DNA of 64,000 nt from Clostridiales bacterium (lineage in GTDB: Bacteria; Bacillota; Clostridia; Christensenellales; UBA1242): positions 532,303-596,302 of the forward strand of contig DOEE01000003.1 of assembly GCA_003524095.1 (NCBI GenBank). The letters are read 5' to 3'. The position numbers were made by a program, and so were the translations under genes. A model generated the notes under the pieces. It saw nothing but the letters and a program-made list of their open reading frames with translations. It did no database searches and was not told the origin of the DNA. Each line of letters starts with the position of its first letter. Positions within the stretch are counted from its first letter, which is position 1. Of the stretch, positions 49,995 through 60,034 are shown one piece after another.

Positions 49995-50528
49995 TTATAC
50001 CTCCTCAATTGTCAAGTGGTCGTTTGTATAAACGCACATGTCACTTGCAATTTTCATACTTTTCTTAGCGATTTCCATAGCATCAAGGTCGGTGTTTTCC
50101 ATAAGTGCTCTAGCACTAGCCATTGCATATAGACTTCCCGAACCTATTGAACAAACATTGCTTTCTGGCTCAATAACTTCGCCACCACCGGATACAATGA
50201 GCATTGTATCTTTGTCAGCAACAATCATTTGTGCATCGAGTTTTCTTGGATACTTGTCGTCTCTAAATCCCAAAGCTACTTCAACAGCACTTCTAAGCAA
50301 GTTTCCACTAAACTTTTGCAAAAGTTCTTCAAATCTAGCCTCCAAAGCAAAAGCATCTGCAACTGAACCTGCAAAGCCAATAACAACTTTGTCATGATAA
50401 ATTCTACGAACTTTTTTTGAATTATTTTTCATTATAACATGTTCGCCAAGCGTTGCTTGTCCATCACCCGCTATAACGGTTCTTCCATTTTTCTTAACAC
50501 CTATAATAGTTGTTCCCCTTAGTTCCAT
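49995..50528 (-). CDS. hslV: ATP-dependent protease subunit HslV
   Basis: GTTIIGVKKNG...IAGDGQ...GSGS. Short N-terminal propeptide (MELRG). Confidence 0.95.
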   Translation of the reverse strand: MELRGTTIIGVKKNGRTVIAGDGQATLGEHVIMKNNSKKVRRIYHDKVVIGFAGSVADAFALEARFEELLQKFSGNLLRSAVEVALGFRDDKYPRKLDAQMIVADKDTMLIVSGGGEVIEPESNVCSIGSGSLYAMASARALMENTDLDAMEIAKKSMKIASDMCVYTNDHLTIEEV

Positions 50529-51829
50529 TAAATTTTCTCCTTAATTTCTTTAATTTTTTGCAAAGACAAATCTTTGAGATATGTATTCTTTTGTTTTTTG
50601 TCACGAATGTTTATTTCGCCATAGTTAATCAGTCCAAGATTGGCACTCATAGGTTCAAACGAACCTGCTTTGTATGCAATATATTTTGACAAAGCACCAA
50701 TTATGGTGTGTTTATCAAATTCAATCAAATCCAAGTTATTTAGATATCGATACATGTTAATTCCAGCAACTAGTCCGCTTGAAATACTTTCAATATATCC
50801 TTCAACACCAGTTATTTGACCAGCAAAGAATATATTTGGATATCTTTTCATCTGATAATACTCACTAAGTGTGTTTGGCGAATTAATATATGTATTTTTG
50901 TGCATTGTTCCAAGTCTTAGAAACTCGGCATTTTCAAGTCCCGGAATTAATCTAAAAATACGTTTTTGTTCTGGATATGTTAGGTTTGTTTGAAAGCCTA
51001 CAATATTGAAGTATTCATTTCCAAAAGTCTCTTTTCTAAGTTGTACTACAGCATATGGAGTTTTGCCTGTTTTGGGGTCTTTGAGACCAACTGGCTTGAG
51101 TGGCCCAAATCTTATTGCATCTTCACCCCTTTTGGCAAGCACTTCAATTGGCATACAGCCTTCATAAACCTTGTTTTTTTCAAAATCTTTAAGATTTACT
51201 ACTTCGCCACCAATAAGTTCGTTATAAAATCTTAGATATTCATCTTTTTCAAAAGGACAATTAATATAATCGCCAGAACCTTTGTCATATCTATCTTGGA
51301 AATACGCCTTGTCAAAGTTAATTGACTCAAAACTAACAATTGGAGCAATTGCATCAAAAAAATACAATTTGTCGCTTCCAACTAGTTTTTGAATATTCTC
51401 ACTCAAACTCTCTGATGTAAGTGGACCACTTGCAATAATTGTAGGTTCGTCTACATTAATACTTGTGACTTCTTCTCTAATTATTTGGATATTTTTCATA
51501 TTTTCAAGATACTCAGTTACACACAAAGCAAACTTTTTTCTATCGACCGAAAGACTTGAACCCGCTGGAACTCGACACTTATCCGCAATTTTAATAAGAA
51601 GACTATCAAGTTCTCGCATTTCTTGTTTGAGAAGTCCGCCGGCGGTTAGAATATCATCCGATTTAAGTGAGTTAGAACACACCAATTCTGCCAAATTTGG
51701 ATTGTGATGAGCGGGAGTAAATTTGGGTTTCATATCATAAAGTTTAACTTCAATTCCCCTTTTTGCTAGTTGATAAGCACATTCACAGCCAGCCAGCCCA
51801 CCACCAATAATTTTAACTATCTTTTTCAT
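50528..51829 (-). CDS. trmFO: Methylenetetrahydrofolate-tRNA-(uracil-5-)-methyltransferase TrmFO
   Basis: IIGGGLAGCECAYQLA FAD motif, FFAGQITGVEGYIES. topA-trmFO-hslVU synteny. Confidence 0.95.
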   Translation of the reverse strand: MKKIVKIIGGGLAGCECAYQLAKRGIEVKLYDMKPKFTPAHHNPNLAELVCSNSLKSDDILTAGGLLKQEMRELDSLLIKIADKCRVPAGSSLSVDRKKFALCVTEYLENMKNIQIIREEVTSINVDEPTIIASGPLTSESLSENIQKLVGSDKLYFFDAIAPIVSFESINFDKAYFQDRYDKGSGDYINCPFEKDEYLRFYNELIGGEVVNLKDFEKNKVYEGCMPIEVLAKRGEDAIRFGPLKPVGLKDPKTGKTPYAVVQLRKETFGNEYFNIVGFQTNLTYPEQKRIFRLIPGLENAEFLRLGTMHKNTYINSPNTLSEYYQMKRYPNIFFAGQITGVEGYIESISSGLVAGINMYRYLNNLDLIEFDKHTIIGALSKYIAYKAGSFEPMSANLGLINYGEINIRDKKQKNTYLKDLSLQKIKEIKEKI

Positions 51830-53903
51830 CTTTGTTTTCTTTCTTTATAGTTTCGCTATAATCACAATTTTCATTGCTACATTTAATTCTTAGTTTGCCA
51901 TACATTTCTTTTTGGGTCATATAACTGCCACATTTAGGACATTTTTTCTCAACAGGAATTTCCCAAGAAATAAAGTCACACTTTGGATAGTTATTGCATC
52001 CATAAAAGATTTTGCCATTCTTAGATTTTCTCTCAATGACGTCTCCGCCACACTTTGGACAAACCCCACAAACCTTGACAATATTTCGAATATTTTTGCA
52101 TTGTGGATAGTTGCTACATGCCAAAAATTCACCATATTTGCTAACTCTTTTGACCATTTCATGTCCACATTTTTCACACATTATGCCAGTATGTTCTGGT
52201 TCGGTTGGTTGTCCTATGAGTTTTTCGAGATAATCATTAAACTTTTTCATTACAGACAAATAATCCAGTCCATTGTTAGCGATTTCATCGAGTTTTGTTT
52301 CCATGTCTGCAGTAAAGTTTACATTAAACAAACCTTCATATCCTTTGAGTAAAAACTCAATCAACTTTTCGCCAAGTTCGGTAGGCTTGAGATACTTTCC
52401 ATCTTTTTCGACATATTTTCGACTAGAAAGCAAAGTAATTGTTGGAGTATAAGTCGCTGGTCTGCCAATGCCCTTTTCTTCCATTTCCTTAACAAGCGAT
52501 GCTTCGGTGTATCTTGGTGCTGGTTTTGTAAATTTTTGAGTAGTTTTCATATCTACAAAAGTTAGCAAATCGCCTTCGTTTAGTTCAGGAAGTTTTGCAT
52601 TTTCACTTTCATCTTCGTCGTTTTCTTGTGCCTTTTCCTTTTTGGCAGTATTATAAATCTTCATAAATCCGTCAAATACTGGGGTTTTTCCACTGCTTTT
52701 GAAGATATAATCGGAATTATCTATTTCGACATTGACCGAATTAAAAGTTGCTTCGGTCATTTGGCTAGCCAAGAACTTGTTGTAGATTAGTTTGTAAAGT
52801 TTGTAATTTTCTGGGCTTAAAAATTCTTTGACAGACTCAGGAGTTCTATCTAACGAAATAGGTCTGATTGCTTCGTGTGCGTCTTGGGCGGAAGATTTTA
52901 CTTTGTATTCATTTGGCTTGTCTGGAACGTATTCTTTGCCAAAATGTGCAAGCAAATAATCTTTTGCCATTTTTTGTGCTTCGGGTGCAACTCTGACACT
53001 GTCTGTTCTTATATAAGTAATCAACGCTACTTTGCCTTCGTTTCCTATCTCTACACCTTCGTATAATTGCTGAGCACACGATGTAACTTTTTTAAGAGAC
53101 AATCCAATCTTATTAAGTGCATCTTGTTGCATTGTACTTGTTGTAAATGGTGCTGATGGATGAACTTTGGATAATGACTTTTTGACACTCTTAACTTTGT
53201 ACTCCCCAGTCTTTAACTTTTCCAAAATCTCATCGACTTCTTCTTTTTTGGCTGGGACAATTTTTTTATTTTTGAATTTGACTAGACTTGCCTTAAATAC
53301 ATCGCTACTATCTTTTTTGAGATTTGCAACAACCGACCAGTATTCTTGCGGAACGAAGTTTCTTATTTCGTTTTCTCTATCTACAACCAGTCTAAGTGCA
53401 ACACTTTGAACTCTTCCGGCAGATAGATTTGGTTGAATAGCCTTACAAGCCTTTGGTGAAACCCTATAACCTACAAGTCTATCTATAACTCTTCTTGTTT
53501 GTTGAGCATTGACAAGATTTAGATTAATTGCTCTAGGATGTTCAAGACCTTTGTTTATTGCATTTTTGGTAATTTCGTTAAACTCAATTCTAATTGGGTC
53601 ACTTGGATTTAGTCCCAAAATATTACACAAGTGCCAACTAATTGCTTCTCCCTCCCTATCCGGGTCGGTCGCAAGATATATTTTGTCTGCCTTGGCACTC
53701 TTTTCTTTGAGCATTTTGACAATATCTTGTTTGTCGGGCATTATTGTGTATTGCATTTCAAAATTGTTTTTTGTATTAACACCCATTGTTTTTTGTGGAA
53801 GGTCTCTAACGTGTCCTTTGGTTGCAACTACTTCGTAGTCACTTCCTAAATATTTTTTGATAGTGTCCTTTTTGCCGACACCTTCAATAATTACTAGTTT
53901 CAT
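51813..53903 (-). CDS. topA: DNA topoisomerase I
   Basis: Toprim LVIIEGVGKK / ATDPDREGEAI, active-site Tyr region ITYIRTDS, and three C-terminal Cys4 zinc ribbons. Confidence 0.97.
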   Translation of the reverse strand: MKLVIIEGVGKKDTIKKYLGSDYEVVATKGHVRDLPQKTMGVNTKNNFEMQYTIMPDKQDIVKMLKEKSAKADKIYLATDPDREGEAISWHLCNILGLNPSDPIRIEFNEITKNAINKGLEHPRAINLNLVNAQQTRRVIDRLVGYRVSPKACKAIQPNLSAGRVQSVALRLVVDRENEIRNFVPQEYWSVVANLKKDSSDVFKASLVKFKNKKIVPAKKEEVDEILEKLKTGEYKVKSVKKSLSKVHPSAPFTTSTMQQDALNKIGLSLKKVTSCAQQLYEGVEIGNEGKVALITYIRTDSVRVAPEAQKMAKDYLLAHFGKEYVPDKPNEYKVKSSAQDAHEAIRPISLDRTPESVKEFLSPENYKLYKLIYNKFLASQMTEATFNSVNVEIDNSDYIFKSSGKTPVFDGFMKIYNTAKKEKAQENDEDESENAKLPELNEGDLLTFVDMKTTQKFTKPAPRYTEASLVKEMEEKGIGRPATYTPTITLLSSRKYVEKDGKYLKPTELGEKLIEFLLKGYEGLFNVNFTADMETKLDEIANNGLDYLSVMKKFNDYLEKLIGQPTEPEHTGIMCEKCGHEMVKRVSKYGEFLACSNYPQCKNIRNIVKVCGVCPKCGGDVIERKSKNGKIFYGCNNYPKCDFISWEIPVEKKCPKCGSYMTQKEMYGKLRIKCSNENCDYSETIKKENKDEKDS

Positions 53904-53932
53904 AATTCTCCTATAATAAATGTTTAAGTAAT

Positions 53933-55033
53933 TTAATTTTTCAGATTAATATTATAATAATTACCTGGCAATTTGTTTACAATTCCTTTGAGTTCCATAC
54001 GCATAAGCAATGTAAGCAAAACTTTGGTCTCAAGTTTAGTAAGACTCGCAATTTCGTCAAAGTGTAGTTCCTGTCCTTTGAGTTTATCGTAGATTAATTG
54101 TTCATCTATGGACATTTGTGCCATTTTTTCTTCTTTTGGCTTTGAGTATGATTTTCCAAAGAACTCAATAATATCCTGAGAACTAAGAACCATACGTGCT
54201 TGACCATTTCGAATGATTTTGTTACACCCGTCTGAATATATATCGTTAATTCTTGCTGGCATTGCAAAAACTTCACGATTAAAATCAAGTGCAAAGTTTT
54301 TGGTGTGCATACTTCCGCTTTTTTCGGTTGCTTCAACGACAAATACTCCTTTGCTAAGTCCGGCTATAATTCTATTACGAACTGGAAAGTGATAAGCAAT
54401 ACAAGGCTCATTTGGTTTGTACTCAGAGATTATAAGTCCACCACTTTCCAAAATATTTTTGGCAAGAACTTTGTTTGATGACGGAAATATATTCAAAAGT
54501 CCGCCACCCAAAACTGCTATCGTCTTTCCATGAACATCTAAACATGCTTTGTGTGCCATTGTATCTATGCCTTCGGCTAGTCCACTAACTATAGTGATGT
54601 TATTAATTGCAACATCTTTGACAATTTGAGAGCCACAAGTTGTTCCATATTTTGTTGCTCGCCTAGACCCAACGACACCAAGACAAACACTATTTAAAAG
54701 TTTTGTGTCTCCCATACAATATAACAAAATTGGATAACTAGGAATTTCTTTGAGCAAATCTGAATAATCTTCGCTTTTGATAGTGACAACTTTGATTCCT
54801 AATTTTTCATAGTTATCTATACATCTATCAATATAAACAAGATTATTATTTGAAAGCAACTCATCTAATTCATTTTTGTCAAATATCTTGTCAAGTGTAC
54901 TTTTGTATTTAGACATATTATTAAACATTTCTTCCAAATTGTCTATAGTCTCTATAAGTGTTTTGGCTTTTTTGTATGTCATGAAATCAAAAGATGTAAG
55001 CCACATTATAATTTTTTCTTCGTTAGTATACAT
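53933..55033 (-). CDS. dprA: DNA processing protein DprA (Smf)
   Basis: VGSRRATKYG...SGLAEGIDTMAHKA...VVEATEKSGSMHT. Confidence 0.93.
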   Translation of the reverse strand: MYTNEEKIIMWLTSFDFMTYKKAKTLIETIDNLEEMFNNMSKYKSTLDKIFDKNELDELLSNNNLVYIDRCIDNYEKLGIKVVTIKSEDYSDLLKEIPSYPILLYCMGDTKLLNSVCLGVVGSRRATKYGTTCGSQIVKDVAINNITIVSGLAEGIDTMAHKACLDVHGKTIAVLGGGLLNIFPSSNKVLAKNILESGGLIISEYKPNEPCIAYHFPVRNRIIAGLSKGVFVVEATEKSGSMHTKNFALDFNREVFAMPARINDIYSDGCNKIIRNGQARMVLSSQDIIEFFGKSYSKPKEEKMAQMSIDEQLIYDKLKGQELHFDEIASLTKLETKVLLTLLMRMELKGIVNKLPGNYYNINLKN

Positions 55034-55034
55034 A

Positions 55035-56567
55035 TTAACCCCAATATTTGTTGTCCATAGTTCTATAAGATATGGCTTCCATTATATGTTCTTCTTTTAT
55101 ATCTTCACTGCCTTCCAAGTCTGCAATTGTTCTTGCGACCTTCAAAATTCTATTATACGCTCTAGCACTAAGATTTAATTTTTCAAAGGCATATCTAAGC
55201 AAGTGTTCACTCTCAAAACTAATTTTGCAATATTTCTTGACCATTTGGTCACTCATTTTTGCATTAGAATAAATCCCAGTATCTTTGTATCTATTTAGTT
55301 GTGTATCCCTAGCCTTATCAACTCTTTCTTTGATACTAGCACTAGATTCTTCGAGTTCTTCGCTACGTAGTTCGTCATAAGACACACTATCTACTTCAAT
55401 GTGCATATCTATTCTATCCATTAGTGGGCCACTAAGTTTGTTTAGATATTTTCTTATGGCTTGTGGGGTACACTTGCATTCTTTGTCCTTAGAACCATAG
55501 TTTCCGCATGGACATGGATTCATGCTAGCAATTAATGTAAAGTTGGCTGGATACTCAACTGTATTTTCTACTCTTGAAATAGTTATTACTCCATCTTCCA
55601 AAGGCTGACGCAAAGTCTCCAAACTATTTCTATTATATTCAGGCATTTCGTCTAAGAAAAGCACACCCGTATGTGCAAGACTAATTTCGCCCGGCTTAGC
55701 AAGTCTTCCGCCACCAGTCAAAGCAAGCATAGTTGATGTATGATGTGGTGACCTAATTGGTCGATTGACTACAATTCCTTCCTTGCTATCTAGCACTCCC
55801 GCAATTGAGTGAATTTTGGTGACTTCCAAGGCTTCTTCAAAAGTAAGTTCGGGAAGAATACTAGGAAAACACTTAGCAAGCATAGTCTTTCCACTTCCAG
55901 GAGGACCTATCATTAGCACATTATGTCCACCCGCAGCGGCAATTTCCAAAGCACGTTTCGCTTGTGCTTGACCCCTAACATACTTAAAGTCCAATGCCTT
56001 TTTCTTCTTTTTCTTCATATCTTCAAAGTCACTATGCTTGGTTGGTTCTATTTGAATTTCGCCATTTAAAAAGTCGACAGTTTGTTTTAAAGATTCAACA
56101 CCATAAATCTCCATTCCTTCAATAAAACTCGCTTCGGCACAATTTTCTTTTGGAAGAATGACTCTATTGAAGCCATCAAGTCTAGCGGATATTAGGAGTG
56201 GCAAAACGCCATTTATCTTTCTAACTCCGCCATCAAGACCAAGTTCGCCAAACATAATAAAATTTTTTGTTGCTTCTGCTTTGACTTGGTCGGAAGCAGT
56301 TAGTATTCCAATTGCAATTGGCAAATCATAAACTGGTCCGTCTTTTTTGGTATCAGCAGGTGCTAAGTTAACTGTAATTTTGACAATAGGATAATTAAGG
56401 CAACTATTTTTGATTGCAGACTTAACTCTTTCTTTGCTTTCCTTAATAGCAGTACTAACAAGTCCTACTATATCATAACCGGGAAGTCCAGCATTTATAT
56501 CTACTTCACATTTAATTAGATAACCATCAATTCCATTTAGACCGTAACTTTTAATTGTAGATAACAT
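55035..56567 (-). CDS. comM: YifB/ComM-family Mg-chelatase-like AAA+ ATPase
   Basis: Lon-like N-domain, Walker A GPPGSGKTM, LFLDEMPE, and a zinc-ribbon-like NPCPCG...CKC. Confidence 0.93.
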   Translation of the reverse strand: MLSTIKSYGLNGIDGYLIKCEVDINAGLPGYDIVGLVSTAIKESKERVKSAIKNSCLNYPIVKITVNLAPADTKKDGPVYDLPIAIGILTASDQVKAEATKNFIMFGELGLDGGVRKINGVLPLLISARLDGFNRVILPKENCAEASFIEGMEIYGVESLKQTVDFLNGEIQIEPTKHSDFEDMKKKKKKALDFKYVRGQAQAKRALEIAAAGGHNVLMIGPPGSGKTMLAKCFPSILPELTFEEALEVTKIHSIAGVLDSKEGIVVNRPIRSPHHTSTMLALTGGGRLAKPGEISLAHTGVLFLDEMPEYNRNSLETLRQPLEDGVITISRVENTVEYPANFTLIASMNPCPCGNYGSKDKECKCTPQAIRKYLNKLSGPLMDRIDMHIEVDSVSYDELRSEELEESSASIKERVDKARDTQLNRYKDTGIYSNAKMSDQMVKKYCKISFESEHLLRYAFEKLNLSARAYNRILKVARTIADLEGSEDIKEEHIMEAISYRTMDNKYWG

Positions 56568-56595
56568 AACTTACCCGCCTTTTCATACTCATTCC

Positions 56596-56624
56596 ATTAT
56601 ACATATTAAAAGTATTTAGCACAA
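56596..56624 (-). promoter_or_regulatory. Candidate sigma-A promoter for comM-dprA-topA
   Basis: Minus strand TTGTGC (56619-56624), 17-nt spacer, TATAAT (56596-56601). Confidence 0.45.
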
Positions 56625-56730
56625 CTAAAAAATCCAAATTTTTCAAAAAAATTTCTATTAGAATAATATTCAATATAATAAATATATAATATTATATAAT
56701 GGATTTTGCCAAAAAATATTTTAATTTGTA

Positions 56731-56763
56731 AAACAAAAAGATTTCTAAGAATTACTTAGAAAC
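56731..56763 (-). terminator. Rho-independent terminator after thrS
   Basis: 8-bp stem TTTCTAAG/CTTAGAAA with a 5-nt loop, followed on the minus strand by CTTTTTGTTT. Confidence 0.65.
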
Positions 56764-56802
56764 CTTAATGCTTTTAATTATATTTTTCTTGTTAAATTAC
56801 TA

Positions 56803-58542
56803 TTAGTCCAAAGCCTTAGTACTGATTTCAACCAAAATATTTTTGATAAATTCATCAAGTGATATAGCACCTGTGTCACCAACTTTGCGTTTTCTTACAG
56901 AAACAGTACCGTCTTTCATTTCGTTGTCGCCAACAATTAGACTATATGGAACTTTTTCAAGTTGAGCTTCTCTAATCTTTTTGCCGATTTTTTCGTTTCT
57001 ATCATCTAGTTCGCATCTAATTCCAACCGCTTCTAGTTTTTCTTTGACAGATTTTGCATAGTCTAAATGTGCATCAGCAATATTAAGTATTTTAACTTGT
57101 ACAGGAGATAGCCAAGTTGGAAATGCACCTGCAAAGTTTTCAATAAGAATAGACATCATTCTTTCAATTGAACCGTAGATAACACGGTGAATCATGATTG
57201 GTTCTTTTTCTTCGCCATGTTCATCAATATAGGTCAGATTAAATCTCTTTGGCAATTGCATATCTAGTTGAATAGTTCCGCATTGCCATTCTCTTCCGAT
57301 GCAATCTTTGACATGAATATCTATTTTTGGACCATAGAAAGCACCATCGCCAGCATTGATTTTATATTCAAGTCCCATATGTTTAAGAGCATTTGCAAGA
57401 GCAGTTTCGGCAAGTTCCCATTCGGATAACTCTCCAATATGGTTTTCTGGCATAGTAGAAAGTTCAACTGTATATGTTAAACCAAAAGTTTTGTAAACTT
57501 CGTCAACAAGTTTCATAACATTTTTTACTTCGTCTTCAATTTGAGTAGGAAGCATAAATATATGTGCGTCATCTTGAGTAAAACATCTAACTCTCAAAAG
57601 CCCACTTAGCGTGCCACTTGCCTCGTGACGATGTACTTTACCAAGTTCCCCAACTCTTAGTGGAAATTCCTTGTAAGAATGTAGATTTTGCATATAGTAT
57701 AGCATTCCACCCGGACAATTCATAGGCTTGATAGCAAATGTATCGTCTTCACATTTGAATGTATACATATTATCTTTGTAATGGTCCCAGTGACCCGAGA
57801 TTTCCCAAAGACGTCTATTCATAGCCATTGGTGTTTCTATTTCCAAATAACCCGCTTTTTGGTGGATTTCACGCCAATAATTAATTAATTGGTTTTTGAG
57901 AATTAATCCCTTTGGCATATAAGTTGGCATGCCTTTGCTATAATCGCTTATAAAGAATAGTTGTAGTTCCTTGCCAAGTTTTCTGTGGTCTCTTTTCAAG
58001 GCTTCTTCCATTTGATTGATATATGCTTTCAAATCTGCTTTGTCTAGGAAGCCATATACATACACTCTTTGAAGCATTTTATTTTTTTCGCTACCCTTCC
58101 AGTATGCACCACTTACTCTATGAATTTTGTAAGTAAATCCACGCAAAAATTTGGAATTTTCAACGTGTGGACCCCTACACAAATCTACAAAGTCCTTGCC
58201 AGTATAGTACACAGAAATAGTTTCGTTTTCGGGAAGGTCTTGAATAAGTTCAATCTTGTATGGTTCATCTTTGAACATTTCAAGAGCTGTTTCTTTGGAA
58301 ACTTCTTGTCTTTCAAAATCTTCGTTTCTTTCAATTATTTCTTTCATTTTTGCTTCGATATTTGCAAAATCTTCGTCTGTGATAGATTTATTTATATCAA
58401 AGTCATAATAAAAACCATTATCAATTGCTGGTCCTATTGCTAGTTTGACATTATCTTTGCCATATAGTTCTTTGACTGCCTTTGCAAGAACGTGGCTCAT
58501 ACTATGTCTATACATTTGTTGTTTTTCATCTTTTTCGCTCAT
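56803..58542 (-). CDS. thrS: Threonyl-tRNA synthetase lacking the N-terminal TGS domain
   Basis: Begins at the editing-domain motif RHSMSHVLAKAVKELY..AIGPAIDNGFYYDFD. Class II motifs VHRHEASG and GTIQLD. 579 aa. Confidence 0.95.
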   Translation of the reverse strand: MSEKDEKQQMYRHSMSHVLAKAVKELYGKDNVKLAIGPAIDNGFYYDFDINKSITDEDFANIEAKMKEIIERNEDFERQEVSKETALEMFKDEPYKIELIQDLPENETISVYYTGKDFVDLCRGPHVENSKFLRGFTYKIHRVSGAYWKGSEKNKMLQRVYVYGFLDKADLKAYINQMEEALKRDHRKLGKELQLFFISDYSKGMPTYMPKGLILKNQLINYWREIHQKAGYLEIETPMAMNRRLWEISGHWDHYKDNMYTFKCEDDTFAIKPMNCPGGMLYYMQNLHSYKEFPLRVGELGKVHRHEASGTLSGLLRVRCFTQDDAHIFMLPTQIEDEVKNVMKLVDEVYKTFGLTYTVELSTMPENHIGELSEWELAETALANALKHMGLEYKINAGDGAFYGPKIDIHVKDCIGREWQCGTIQLDMQLPKRFNLTYIDEHGEEKEPIMIHRVIYGSIERMMSILIENFAGAFPTWLSPVQVKILNIADAHLDYAKSVKEKLEAVGIRCELDDRNEKIGKKIREAQLEKVPYSLIVGDNEMKDGTVSVRKRKVGDTGAISLDEFIKNILVEISTKALD

Positions 58543-58559
58543 GTTTTTTCTCCTTATTT

Positions 58560-58836
58560 AAAATAAAAAAATCCTTGTGTGTACACAAAGGACGAAAATT
58601 CTATATAAATACCATCCTGCATGTACAAATTATTTACATAAGGACGGGAAAACCCGTGGTTCCACCTTATTTGGCTAAATACCCACTTTGGTCTTAATCT
58701 ACTTTAGCACCAAGACTTTGAATGTGCTTTCACTCAAAAAGTGGTTTCGATTATTTGCGTTTTTGCAGGGTTCTCATCAATCCCCACTCTCTGTAAAAAA
58801 CTATCAAACAACTACTTGTCTTTTCTCATAATGATA
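58560..58836 (-). promoter_or_regulatory. T-box riboswitch leader of thrS with a Thr (ACC) specifier
   Basis: Minus strand shows the AGAGAG bulge and specifier loop GAA-ACC-A (codon at 58743-58745). The T-box/antiterminator is ATAAGGTGGAACCACGGGTTTTCCCGTCCTTAT (core 58653-58666). A terminator hairpin plus T7 run lies at 58565-58594. Confidence 0.85.
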
Positions 58837-58842
58837 CTCGTA

Positions 58843-58871
58843 TTTTATACCCAAGTTCCAAATTTGTCAAG
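58843..58871 (-). promoter_or_regulatory. Sigma-A promoter of the thrS T-box leader
   Basis: TTGACA (58866-58871), 17-nt spacer, TAAAAT (58843-58848) on the minus strand. Confidence 0.65.
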
Positions 58872-59071
58872 TATAATATCCATTTTTGTAATCTATTTTA
58901 AGAATTTTGTTTGTAATTTCAGATTGTAACTTAATAAAATATAAATTCAAATTCTATATTTTGTTTAAAAATTAGTCTAACTTGCAATTATTATTTACTC
59001 ACGACACATAAAATATGTTTGTATATTTATTTATTAAACAGTATTGTTATTCATATGAGATTTTTGAATAA

Positions 59072-59794
59072 TTATAACAAAACACTAACTCTATCTTCAA
59101 ATATGTAAGAAATAAGATTTGAGACTTTGTTAGATAGAGAATTTGTACAATTTATAATTAGACGTCTTGGTGCAAACATTACAAGGCTTGCAATTATCCC
59201 AACTTCGTCATAAAGATTTATACTTTTTAGTTTCTTTCGTTTGTTGTCTAGCAAAAGCATTTCGTTTTTGGCAATCTCAAGATACATAATATCCGATTTG
59301 CATGTATTATTGTTTGCAATAAATTTAAGGAGACTCAAATATTTGCTTTCGTCATCACCGCCAAAATTCAAGTTATAATATCCAATTTCCCTATCCCATA
59401 GTTCAATAACATTATGCAATCTAAATTGTACAAACGACCTAATACTTACTATTTTTGTAAGTTTTGTCTTTTGCAAAGCATAGTTAACTTCGTCACTTAA
59501 ATCCAAGGTTATGATATTAGATAACAAAAAAGAATTGAGACTTTTGTCACTGCTAAATATTTTGAGATTTTGTTGCATATATTCAATTTTGACGATTTTA
59601 ATAATTGTTTGCATAACTAGTTTTTTTGCACGTTTAATATGATTTTTATCCAAAACAGCAAGGCTTAAAACCAAGTCTTTTTCAAAGGTAATTACAACCA
59701 GCGCACTACTACCAAAAATTTTTTTTGTAGTATTTTTCAATTCCAAAAAATATACAATATCACTAGGTTTGCCAAGCAACGTTATTTCCCACAT
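59072..59794 (-). CDS. ytxC: Hypothetical protein, probably YtxC-like sporulation protein
   Basis: 240 aa with no catalytic motifs seen. The call rests mainly on its conserved position immediately upstream of thrS (ytxC-thrS in Bacillus) and its size. Confidence 0.45.
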   Translation of the reverse strand: MWEITLLGKPSDIVYFLELKNTTKKIFGSSALVVITFEKDLVLSLAVLDKNHIKRAKKLVMQTIIKIVKIEYMQQNLKIFSSDKSLNSFLLSNIITLDLSDEVNYALQKTKLTKIVSIRSFVQFRLHNVIELWDREIGYYNLNFGGDDESKYLSLLKFIANNNTCKSDIMYLEIAKNEMLLLDNKRKKLKSINLYDEVGIIASLVMFAPRRLIINCTNSLSNKVSNLISYIFEDRVSVLL

Positions 59795-59796
59795 AA

Positions 59797-59830
59797 AAAC
59801 CCCTTTGTCATATTATATGCAAAAGGGTTT
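59797..59830 (-). promoter_or_regulatory. Hairpin abutting the ytxC start codon and containing its only SD-like sequence
   Basis: Minus strand AAACCCTTTTG-(12-nt loop)-CAAAGGGGTTT, then TT and ATG. The AAGGGG in the 3' arm is the only RBS candidate. Confidence 0.55.
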
Positions 59831-60034
59831 TAATTATTTTATTAAGATTAAAAATTTTTATGAAAAATCTCAAGTATTTTTTGGATTTTTCATGTTTGAA
59901 ATTTGTGTTTGCAAAAAAGTATAAATTGTTATCATAACAAACAAAATTTCATTGCATAATTATTTAAAAACAAAAATAAATATTATACATTTTGAAAATT
60001 AATTCATGCAATTTTAACATTAATTTATGAATAA

